The notes under the pieces: generated by a model
Told to the model about the DNA's origin: nothing
Seen by the model: only the letters and a program-made list of their open reading frames with translations
Database searches by the model: none
Assembly: GCF_963853765.1 (NCBI RefSeq)
Contig: NC_088855.1
Span: 41,788,001-41,852,000, forward strand
Origin: Magallana gigas
Lineage: Eukaryota
Direction of reading: 5' to 3'
Length of the DNA: 64,000 bases
Position numbers and translations under genes: made by a program
Shown here: piece after piece, positions 49,196 to 60,886 of the stretch
Layout: the number at the start of each line of letters is the position of its first letter
Position numbering within the stretch: the stretch's first letter is position 1

Positions 49196-51865
49196 ATGGA
49201 GGAGGGCTTAGAACTGTTGGAACCTACGGAGTTGTACAATATGCTTCAGCAGGCAACGATATTTTCAAACTTGACTGATCCTAATTACCTACTTTTAATG
49301 GGTAAATAGCTTGAATTTAATTATAGTTTATTTATAATGGACTACTGCATGGTATTTGGCATTATGTTGAAACGGAATGGGACAGACAATAACAGACCAG
49401 ATTGGAATTCGAACTCGATGCCCCTTAATGTCTAGTCAAGTGCTCTGCCAACTGAGCTATCTGACATTGGCGGTTGAAACCATTCTGGCTGTCTTAAATG
49501 ATAGATCTTTACCCTCAAAGAACATCTTAGGTTTATTTTTCCAGGGGTTGGTCTCAGCACCAATGGATGGAATGATAGACATTAATGAATGGGATGTGAG
49601 ATATACTGACAGATCAGATTAATTCAAACCCTGAGGTTCCCAGAATCTCTTTTAAATTTATATATAATCATGCAGGTGCTCCATCAACTGAGCTATTTGG
49701 CTGTGTCACTAGTGATCAACCTGGTCTGATCGTCACAGTCTATCATTGAGCACTTTTTAAAATATAAATCACACGATACAACTTAGTGAACCCTACCATC
49801 TAAAATAAAATTTTATTTAATTTTAACATGCAACTTTCTCTTAAAATGGGTACAGTTTAATTTTCATTAATGAAACATGTCTCTAAAATTTCAGATGCAA
49901 GAAATAAGAATGAATACAATGAGAGTCATGTTGTTACTGCTAAAAAGGTTCCAAAGGTAAATTTTAATTTAGTAATATATGAAAAACATGGTACTATTCA
50001 TAAAAGTACATGTATCAGAAAATAGTTATTGAATTATTGTTTAATCTGGAAATTACTTACCCGGTAATTAATGTATATATTGCTGTGAAATATAAAAAGA
50101 AATTATCCAAATTTTTTATTTGCATTAGTTTTTCTGTAAATTTACATAAATTGGTTCACCTTCAGAGCATCAGATTGTTTTAGCAGTTTAAATCTGATAA
50201 CATATATATATTCAGAGAAAATTCCTTTAATTTTCACATGCAGAATGAAGAGGGATATTTTGTGGTACCCTATGATGCTGAATTAGAATGCAAACAGAAC
50301 ATTGTGGTATATGACAGCAATACATCAACACTTAGAGAACCAGAAGGTAGGCATTTTATGCAACTCTTTTATTTTTTAGATTAAAGATTTTAATTTCTTT
50401 TAAGAATACCAGTGTTGTATGTTTATAATATTCAATTGAAAATTCATGGTCTTATTATACATGTCAATTAGTTATTATGTTAATCAATGTTTATCTGAGT
50501 TTGTTTGTGGGGCATAGAAAAAAAAATTAACAAAAATATTTGAAGCAGCTTTAAATTCAGATAAATATGTTTATTACAGCTCCTGCTTTAGACTGTGGAA
50601 GAATGCTATGGGATATGGGTAGTAGAAACAAAGTAAAAATTCTCAAAGGTATGAAAATTTTGAATTTTATACATCATTTAATTCTGCACAGAGCTGGCAC
50701 ACATTTTCAGTCAGCTGATAAATTACATGTAAAAAAAAATACATGTATACCATTTTCTGTAAGCTATGATCCCATCTTTGCTCTCCAAGGATTTTCATTT
50801 CACTCCGGGACTCTGCTCCCCACAATCCTCATGTGCATACATTTTCTATTTGCACCCACATTCAAATGTAGAGCAGTTAAACAACCAGAGTAGGGGGGGA
50901 GAGTGGACCAAAAACTTTTTGGTAGCAAAGATGCTATGACCCTAATGGAGTCATTTATGTGAAATATGACTTATTAAATCGGATATCTGCTTAGTGTATA
51001 TGCTTAGAATATTAATATGTCAGGAGAGGATCAATAAATTTTCCCAGGGGGCCCAAAGGATGCTGGTAATTTTGTTTGCAAGGGGATTTGAAACAAAAGC
51101 ATATATCTGATAACTTTTCAGTGCAATAATATTAAAATACTGTAGAAGCACATATATATTTGTGGGGTTAAAATTTTGTTACTTTTACAGAAGTTTAGTT
51201 GGAATTTAATTTTGTCATATTATAATCACTTAAATGTACACCAACACATATAAACTCTGTCTTTATGAATACTTGGGTTAAAAATTGTCATGGATTTACT
51301 TTTGTTGATTAAAATAATAAAATTAAATACTCAACAAATATTTCTGCTTCTACATTTGATAATGAATTTGAGTTTTCTGGGGGTGGTGGTGAATGTGTTC
51401 CTGATTCCTCTGGATCTGCCCATGCTTCTTATGAATGGCATTTTACCCCTACAAACATTTTGACTTGGGTGTATCTTTTTCTTAAAAATATTAAATATAA
51501 TTAAATATATTAAATGCTTAAATATCTCAGAATTTTACTAAGTCCAATTGAGTCAGTGATAGTAAGTCAAGTTCCTGTTAATTACAAAGTTATGAATTTT
51601 TAATTTCATCATAAAAAAACCCTGTATAATTGTAAATTTCAAATGTTCAATGCCCATAACTATGGGTTTGTGATGAAACACAACTTGTTTAATAAAATGA
51701 ACAATGTCAAAAACATATTCAGTGAATTGTAGGCCTGGTACATAACCTTCTATATTGTACTCAATGTTTCTATCCAGATTTTCTTTCCATTTTTTAGGTG
51801 GATATGAAGAATTCTCTGCACTTTATCCATTTTTAAGAACACAAAAAATCATATTCATGCCAAAG
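49196..51865 (+). CDS. STYXL1: Serine/threonine/tyrosine-interacting-like protein 1 (MK-STYX), exons 1-5 only (rhodanese-like domain)
   Basis: Exons 49196-49301, 49895-49956, 50244-50346, 50580-50648, 51798-51865; in phase. Translation [30 protein letters not shown]...[10 protein letters not shown]...[10 protein letters not shown]...[25 protein letters not shown] matches recalled STYXL1. Phosphatase-domain exons were not found in the remaining 12 kb. Confidence 0.9.
49400..49470 (-). mobile_element. tRNA-derived SINE in STYXL1 intron 1 (second degenerate copy ~49612-49700)
   Basis: Minus strand TAGCTCAGTTGGCAGAGCA (A box) and GAGTTCGAATTCC (B box). Confidence 0.65.
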
Positions 51866-52157
51866 GTAAGTTAACTGATGAGCTTATATGATATGTTTAC
51901 TGGTAATATCTTTAAAAATTACATCAATCAAAAAATCTAATAATAGTTGGGCTATATTATATTAAAAAATACGGTTTTGAAATCAAAGCCTACAAGATCA
52001 AGTGGTAATTACATTGCTGACTGTATTACATGTACCGAAAACTTAATTTTATTGACTTCATGTAGCAATTTATTTTGTGAAAGTATACTAAGATCAGAAT
52101 ATTATCTAATTAGTGAGTTGCACATGTTGCTGCTTCATCCATAACTTTGTCAGTTCA

Positions 52158-52193
<36 letters not shown>

Positions 52194-52242
52194 ATTCTGA
52201 TCACATTTTGTCCGTCGTCCGTCTGTCCGTCCGTCTGTCCGT
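52158..52242 (-). mobile_element. 3'-terminal fragment of a HINE element, abruptly truncated
   Basis: TTTTTAGCTCACCTGAGCTGAAAGCTCAAGTGAGCTATTCTGATCACATTTTGTC is essentially identical to the reverse complement of ~38008-38063. Homology stops inside the (TCCG/TCTG)n tract. Confidence 0.85.
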
Positions 52243-52479
52243 GTCAACCATAAACGTTTATGTGGCGAAAGATTTGTCCAGGACATACTTAAGAGTTTTT
52301 CAAAATTATGAGCTTAGCTCCTAACCTTCAAACTAAAATACGTTATTTAGTTGCTTCTGAGTTTAGTAACAGATTTAGCTTCATTTAAAATTAACCACAT
52401 TATCAGAGAACTCGCTTTTTTCGGACTCCGTCGGACGCTTTTTGAAGTTGTCTCCCTTAGCACATGAAACGCAATGTGT

Positions 52480-52638
52480 ACACCAGGTCACGTGATCCTT
52501 ACATCAGTGATGACGCGACCTCTAAATATAGAATGCATGAAACGTTTTGTAAACTCTCAAGCATGTTTCTGACAAAGACAAACATCCGGTTATTTTGGCG
52601 CTAATCGGAAGGATTCAAGGATATACTATTCTGTACAG
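52480..52638 (+). promoter_or_regulatory. Putative promoter and non-coding first exon inside STYXL1 intron 5
   Basis: E-box GTCACGTGAT (52487-52496), CRE-like TGACGCGA (52511-52518), local CpG enrichment and a consensus donor CAG|GTAAGT at 52639. Confidence 0.45.
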
Positions 52639-53544
52639 GTAAGTTTTTTTCTTTGTATTTAATCAAAGCACATGTTATATATATCATCGCAAATTATTAG
52701 AATTTTTTATCGGGTTTTAAATCCATTTTGTAGGCAGTAGGATGGAATAGATATTTGTGAAAACGTGTATCTTTCGACGGGGTTAATGAAGATTAAGTAA
52801 AATTTATTCATTCCCAGATAGAACATTTTACAATATATTTTCTTACTTTTTTCATGAGCATTTTAATAAATAGAAGTTCCATATGTGTTGTCAGTTTGTC
52901 GTGGTGTCAAGTGTATTCATCTGTGATGACAAACGAGATGTAAACGAAAACCAAACACCGTTAAAATTAGGACCCAGTTGATTTTAGGACCGTCTACCAT
53001 ACATTGCATAAAATTTGAGGCACCATCAATGCTGTATAATGCACTGTTAATCCATGAATAAGCTTTTAATATCGGAACTTGCCTAGACTTTGAAAAATAC
53101 GGAAGCTTTCGCGGACAATACATATTCCAGCTAAATTTAACAAATATTTCAAAAAAGAAATAAAATATTTAAAAATAAGAAGTATATGTGAAAGCAATAT
53201 TTATTCAGGTACTGTTCATTATCTTTTGAAAGAGAAATTGCAAAATATTGAATGAATGATTCTATGTTTGATAACATGTGTACACTCAGTCACATTTATT
53301 GTCGCTGGAGGCTTCTGTGAGAAATATGCTGAATAGAAATTGTTTAGCACAGGGTTTTTATAGAAAAAAATAGAATTGTCACAATTTTGAGCATACGGTA
53401 TATGCTCAGGCACCTGAAGTTATATCTTTTTCTCATAATAAACAAAAAGTATCCTATACCTAATAATACACAAGGGAGGATGGAAATTGACATATTTGGG
53501 TCATACTTTGGGATATCCCTTTTCTGATTGGTATTCTATTGGCA

Positions 53545-55380
53545 ACTCTTAATAGATAGACATTAAAAGCTCATAACTCACAGACACAATCATAAAGTGT
53601 CTTGCTCACAACTCATAATCATTAGACATTAAAAGCACACAAGTCACAGACACATTTGGCAAATTGAAGAGTATCAAATTTTAAAAGTGCGTTGTTGAAT
53701 GTTCACAACTCATAGTCGATAGACATTAAAAGCACACAACTCAAAGACACTATCATTTATCAAAGTTCAGAATAAAATTGGAAAGTGTCTTGCTCCAAAC
53801 TCATAATCAATAGACATTAAAAGCACACAACTCATGGACACAATTATTAAACAAATTGAAGAATGCAATTTAGAAGTGCCTTATTCACAACTTGTAATAG
53901 GTAGAAATTATAAGCACATAACTCCTAGACATATTTTTTAAACAAATTGAAAATACAATACAATTTTACAAGCGTCTTTTTCAAAACTCATTAACTATAG
54001 ACACTAAAAGCCCATAATTCATGAACACAATTATATAGCAAATGTACAATACAATATTTAAATGTCCTATTGGCAACTCGTAATTGGTAGACAAAAAAAT
54101 CACACAACGCACGGACATGATCATTTATCAAAGTGAAGAATACAATTTTAAAGTGTCTTGTTCACAACTCATAATCGATAGACATTAAAAGCACACAACT
54201 CACGGACACAGTTATTTAAGAAAGTGAAGAGTGCAATTTAAATGTGTCTCGTTCACAACTCATAATCAAAAGACATTAACAGCCCATAACTTATGGACAC
54301 AATCATTTATTTAAGTGAAGAATACAATTGGAAAGTGTCTTGCTCCAAACTTAAAATCATTAGACCACATAACTCATGGACACAATTTTTTAACAATGTG
54401 AAGAATGCCATTTTAAAGTGTCTTGTTCACAACTCATAATCAATAGACACTAAAAGCACATAACTCATAGACATAGTTTTTTAAACAAATTGAAAAGCGT
54501 CTTATTTAAAACTTGTTAACGTTAGACACTAAAAGCCCATAATTCATGAACACAATTATTTAGCAAAATGTACCATACAATATTAAAATGTCCTATTGGC
54601 AAATCGCAATTGATAAATAAAAACACATAAATCACAGACATGATCATTTATCAAATTGAAGAAAACAATTTAAAAGTGTCTTGTTCACAACTCATAATCG
54701 ATAGACATTAAAAGCACACAACTCACGGACACAGTTATTTACGAAAATGAAGAATGCAATTTAAAAGTGTCTCGTTCACAACTCATAATCAAAAGACATT
54801 AAAAGCCCATAACTCACAGACATGATCATTTATCAAATTGAAAAGTTTCTTGCTCACAACTCATAATCATTAGACCACACAGCTCATGGACACAATTATT
54901 TAACAAAGTGAAGAATGCAATTTAAAAGTAATTGATAGTCTATAGAAAATAAAAGCACACAACTCATGCAAACAATCATTTATCAAAATTAAGAATGAAA
55001 TTTAAAAGTGTCTTGTTCACAACTCATAATCAATAGACACTAAAAGCACATAATTCAAAGACATAGTTTTTTAAACAAATTGAAAAACGTCTTATTTAAA
55101 ACTTGTTAACGTTAGACACTAAAAGCCCATAATTCATGAACACAATTATATAGCAAATGTACCATACAATATTAAATTATCCTGTTGGCAGCTCGTAATT
55201 AATAGACAGTAAAAGCACATAACCCACGGACATGATCATTTATTAAAATGAAGAATTCAATTTAAAAGTGTCTTGTTCACAACTCATAATCAATAGACAA
55301 TAAAAGTGTCTCAATTTTTGTTAAATGTTCACAACTCATCATAGGTAGACATTAAAAGCACATAACTCGTGAACAATTTC
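53545..55380. repeat. Degenerate ~80-95-bp tandem repeat (~20 units)
   Basis: CACAACTCATAATC..TAGACA.TAAAAGCAC recurs about every 90 bp and resumes briefly at ~55780-55830. Confidence 0.85.
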
Positions 55381-55381
55381 T

Positions 55382-55760
55382 AAAACGAGGCAATCTACTG
55401 TCAATCAAGTTGATGAAACAGGATTATCAACAGTCGCGATTGAAGTCATCATTTCGTAATTAAGTTCTATTGTCAATACAAAGACTTTGTCAGCAAATAC
55501 AATATTCCGCTAAATTAAATGCTTACTTATGTTTTTCATACATATTGCTAGGTCATTATTTATTTACCGATTTGACTTTTCATTTTACCGATCATGATGA
55601 CAAAGAGCACACGGCAGGTGTGACCGGTCAGCAGAGGATGCTTACTCCTCCATGGCACCTGATCCTACCTATAATTTTTTTAGAGGTCCGTGTTTGCTCT
55701 GCTCTTGATTTGTAATTTTCATTTTGGACTACGAGTTCAATTGTTGTTCTTTATTGTTGC
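55382..55760 (+). mobile_element. 5'-truncated Penelope-like retroelement fragment (end of RT ORF plus 3' UTR)
   Basis: Degenerate reading KRGNLLSIKLMKQDYQQSRLKSSFR.KFYCQYKDFVSKYNIPLN*MLTYVFHTYC* followed by GGTGTGACCGGTCAGCAGAGGATGCTTACTCCTCC..GGCACCTGATCC, a motif recalled from mollusc Penelope-like elements. Confidence 0.55.
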
Positions 55761-57705
55761 TTTTCATGGTAGTGTCCCATTCAGAACTCACAAACAATAG
55801 ACACTAAAAGCCCATAACACATGAACAGCAACAGACACAATTGTATTCAACAAAATGTAGAATTATGAATACATTGATAGTTTTCTTTTGTATAGAAATT
55901 TTTTTCATATCATACTTTGTAGACAAAAATTGCTATAAAAAGACACATGGACCCAGTCGTTTACAAATGCGTGTGTAATGAAGTAAATTTTAAAGCCTAT
56001 ACATTTGCAAGTTATAATTTACATTTAAAATGAAATGGATTAAAATGGATAAAATACTGCACAGATGATGTGTAAAGTCCATTGATTGTGGGGTCAACAG
56101 GAAGTGTTAAGTTACACATGGCAAAAATGGATGGAGAAACTCCTGCTGGATTTATTCTTTTTTATTCTGCATATGATTATTCCCAGGCTTGCTCATTTTG
56201 CTCAGATTTTGATATTGATGTTCTAGAGATCTTCATCAATGGTTTTTGCTGTTTAACATTTTTTTGTCTCCCAGAATTTCATGCATGTAGAGCATTTTGT
56301 GTCCTTTCTGGCTTTGCAGTAGAAAAATTCTTAAAGCTTTAATAATTATTATGAAGGTAAGTTATATTAAATAGAATAATAAACAATTATATATTTTTAT
56401 GTATTATTATAGATTTACTTATTGTGTTACAAGTTTAGCGTATATGTCATGAAGCATCAGCTTTAAGATTAGAAGACAGTAAGTTGTTGTGTTCATTCTT
56501 TTGATGGAATAATGTCCGTGTATAAAGTGATATTTGGTAACCCATGACTGAAAGGAAAGGGGTAGCCATTTTGTTAGAGACAAAAATTTTAGGATGGAGA
56601 GACGAGAAGTTTTTGTTATAGGATTGTATGTTGTTTTAAGCTTAGCATTAAGAGTTCTTGTGGTTTTTTTCAATAGCAATTCAAAATTTAGTCAGTTTGG
56701 TGTACATTTAATTTTGGGAGTTTCTTTTGTAATTGATCTGATATTCTTCATAATTGCTCTGGTGTATTTCTCCATCTGGCCAAAAAGAATTTAAGGTATG
56801 TAAAACCTCATAAGATTGTCAATCATGTCATTTAAATGAGTTTCATTAACCATATGAGGTTATAAAAGCAGGTAATGCAATATTTCAACATACTGTGAAC
56901 CAACTGTTTATAAATTATAGTGAGGTTGGTAACTCAGAATTTTGTAATTGTGTTGAATATATTATATAACGTGGAATTTCTCTTTTTAAAAATTACATAT
57001 TTGAATCTAAGTAATTTCAGTTAAATTCCCATTTTTTTGTGAGGGAGAATTGAAGTCTCCCTTGAATTTTGCTCTAAGTTGTCCCTGCCACATAAATAAA
57101 TGGACTGCTATTAAATCTTAGTCCTAAAAATGTTTGAATAAGCTGCACAATATTTCTTAATAGTAAAGTATTGAAAAGAGTTATTCATTACTCATTGAGA
57201 GCATGTTGCCAAAAATGGAGGACATAACAAATTTTCTTTGGTCTGAGGTTGCATTGTTGAGTATGATATTGTTGGTGATGATTTTCATTGTGGTGATCGG
57301 TGCAATGATTTTGAGAACTGTCAGAAAATGGAACAGAATTTTTTATTCTTGGAATGAAAGACTAATGCAGTAGACATACATTTTTTTGCATTGAACATTT
57401 AATTTCCATCTGTGGTTTGCTTTAAATATTGTCACTAAAACTGCAACTGTAACAGGTATGTATGAGTCATTAAAAATTTGACATGTTGAAGATTTGTTTA
57501 ATTAAAATAGAATGTGAAAAAATCCTTCTCATTAAAAATTCAAATAAATATTTAAAAAATATAATTAGGCAATTTATTAGGATAAATCAGAGAGAGGAGA
57601 TCAAGAGAAGTAGTTAGTACATTTTACCCAAGATAAACACATAGATTGGTTGTTTCATTGTTTTGTTTGAAAATAAAAAACTATGCTTTTGGTTTATAGG
57701 TTGCA

Positions 57706-57938
57706 ATGGGAAGGAGGAAAAGGAAACCGGCATCGGGAGATTCATGTACTGCAACTGCAAAGAAGTTAATCAAAACATGTAGTACTACTGAAACTGCAAA
57801 GAAGTTAATCAAAACTGGTGATTTTGTTTGGGCAAAACTGCCTTCAACTTCCTACCTCTGGCCTGTAAAAATAGAAAAAGTGGATATTTCAGATGATCAT
57901 GAAGAATATCATGTGTATTGTAAGGCAGATACTGTAAT
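57706..57938 (+). CDS. First coding exon of a PWWP-domain protein
   Basis: Acceptor TTATAG| at 57699, ATG at 57706, donor |GTAAGT at 57939. MGRRKRKP (NLS-like)...KTGDFVWAKLPSTSYLWPVKI fits the PWWP beta1-beta2 pattern. Candidate next exons 58593-58657 and 60715-60798; upstream UTR donor at 57456. Confidence 0.7.
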
Positions 57939-59775
57939 GTAAGTTAATTAATTTTATATAATGTTTTTATTGTAAAAGAATTTATAAATATTGTCATCTT
58001 TCTTAAATTATAGTTGGTGTAAACAAGTGTCAGAATGATAAAGCATTATATATATATTCAAATAAGGATTTGCATTAAATAACTAAATAACATTCATATT
58101 TTTGAATTTTTTTTATAAAAACAATATTTCAGCCTCCTTTTAAGGTTCTCCAATCCTCAGCCTCAAAGTATATGTTTTTCATCTTAAAAATGTTATTTAT
58201 CCTTCAAACTTTATAAATGAAATAAAAAGAAATTTTTAGGTGGTATCCATGCATTTTACAAAGTTATTGCAAATTTGCCCATGATGGATATAATGAAATA
58301 AATATACAATTTGAGGGGGGAAAAAAGGTTGTACCAGTACATCGGTGGCTCGAACCCCTTTACCTATATTTAGTAGATCTCCATTGATCCACTAAGCCAA
58401 ACATTTCGTTGAATGACTGATTGTAATACTAACACTAGAAGACTAATTAAATTTTTCTATATAAAAGGCAGATTTATGGTGCGAATTAAAAAAAAATGGA
58501 TAATTTAGAGTTATCGAACATGGCTGAGGATCGGAGATCGTTAAGGTAGTTTTGTAAAATTGAGCTAGTTTCTTTTTTGTAAAATTTCTTAGATACAAGA
58601 CCAGACAGGTAGAAATATTTCTTGAAAACATGGAGATATGGAAAGCAAAAGGAGAATGTAATGAGTTAAACATACATTTAAAATGAATTGAAATTGTTGT
58701 TTGTTTCGTTTTTTTTTTTTCAATTTGGTCATCTGAGACTGACCTATTGCTATGTTTATAAGTTCATGTCGTGCATCAATCATATTATATAGCTTAAAAA
58801 TTCATATGTGTAAGCTGCTTCTTATAATCTACAAAGCAAATATTATCATATTCATGATATTGATGTGTTACATCTTTTGACAATACTTATAGAAAACTTT
58901 ATTCCTTAAATTTATGATCCATAGGCACCAAAATTTTATGTGAAAACTTTTGATTGAATGCAGGTTTTGAATTTGTATTGGCTTCTTGCTGATTTTTAGC
59001 AGACAAACTACTGTGGTTCATCAATTTTTGTTGCATCATCAATTTCCTGGATTTTGTAAAATTAGGTTTACAAATTGCAGGTCATCGTACCTTTATGCCA
59101 ATTTTATCATATTCCTCGAGTAGTACTAGTTGTAAATGTTAAAATACAAAATAATAATAATAAAAAACTCAAATTACTAGTATAGAAACATGTCATATTT
59201 CTATATGACATGTCTATATTTCTATCTTTCTATCAAATTTGCATCTGATCCATTCTTTAATGTTTTAGACTCTGATCCAGATTTGGCAGGAAAGCTGATG
59301 ACCCTAGTGTAAATCAATATCATCCAAAAATTTCAGCTAATCTATCGGTTCAAATTATCAAAAGGCAAATTTAGACAATTATCATTATGTCTCAATAAAA
59401 GAAATTGTTTTTTATCGCAAACCTTTCATGATAACAATCAAAATGGGATGCAAATAACCAATTAGCAATTTTGTAATGGATTGTCATCCCTACTTAATGG
59501 CAGATTTATATTGTGTTTATGAATTAAGCAAAGGCATTTAGTTTTGCATTAAAAACACAATAAGAAAGTTAATTCATTGCTTTGACAATTGTATGAAAAT
59601 AAAAAGCTGAGCTAGGATATGCAAGTGATTTCAGACTACATAAATTCCTTTTTATTTAATCTGAAAATACGGTATTATACTCAGGTGACTGTTCATCATT
59701 CTTTTGTTGATTTCATATGATATTTTTGATGTGTTGGTACTAATCATTTAACATTTTAACTTACATGTCATGATC

Positions 59776-60289
59776 TTAAGGTAGTCCATCCATAACTATC
59801 ATATTTCATATCTAATAGATTGCAAGTTTGATCACTAAAATCTTAGTGTGATTTTAAGGAGTTTATTAAATAACAAAGATTCACCTTTGAAATATTAAAA
59901 AAAAATTAATATTAATAACTTTATCATATGTTGAAGTTAACATTGAAGTCTATGGGAAAAATGCATTTTTAAATATATTTCTTTAGTACAAGTAATTTTC
60001 TCACGTTTCTCTTGGTAAAAAGTTGCAAATGTGTTTCCTTTCTTCGAATATGCTAAAAACTTTCATAGTTAACCATACATATTTTAAAAATGCATTTTTT
60101 AAAATTTTCCCAAAGGGCAGACAACTCTTTTAAAAAGTTTTAAGTGCAAAAAGTTCATTTAATTGACTACATACATACAACCGAGTTTGGTTTATGTCAG
60201 CCTCATAATAGCTTTAAAATACGTTTTTGATGTAGTTTAGATCAATCAAAAGCGTTAAATTTGTCTTAGTTATGGATGGACTACCTTAA
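59776..60289. mobile_element. TTAA-flanked MITE with perfect 19-bp TIRs (Kolobok-like)
   Basis: TTAA|GGTAGTCCATCCATAACTA ... TAGTTATGGATGGACTACC|TTAA. Confidence 0.85.
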
Positions 60290-60886
60290 GGCTCAACTAA
60301 GCTTTTTTGATTAAAATCAGTCTGTTGTATGTTGTCATCATTTGCATAACAATCGTCATATACTTTTATACATCATCTTCTTCAGAACCACAGAGCCAGT
60401 TTCAAATAAACTTGGCACAAAGCATCCTTGGGACCGGGTTGAAATTTATGTTAAAGTATTCTCTGGTAGTAAACGTTTTTAAAAAAGCCGGGAAATTAGA
60501 AAAAATTTGGACTGAAAAAACAAGCTTTTGTTTTCCATTTTAAGTAGGATGTTGACCTCTATTAATGCTATTAATCTGAAGAAAAAAAATAATGGATATT
60601 GAGCTTCAAATAATTGGCTATTTAAGGAATGAACTCTCCAAAACTTTTCAGATGAGTCTTCTTCAAAATGCTTACCACATGCATGAAAGGATTCAATTGA
60701 ACTTTCAATTTCAGATATTTTGCGGAAAAAAAATGCAACATTGCAAGCATTTCAAAACGATGTCAAGTGGGCCTTGGAATCTATAGAAGCACAACCAGTT
60801 GAGAATTCTGACTATGCTAACTAGGGCAATAGTTGTCGGAAATTGATATCTGATGAAGATGACTCGGTTTATATTTTCTTCTGTAG

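Noticed and set aside
56082-56794. Hydrophobic ORFs 56082-56342 and 56594-56794 as membrane proteins or missing STYXL1 exons
   Set aside because: T-rich composition explains the hydrophobicity, there is no similarity to the phosphatase domain, and splice phases are not consistent.
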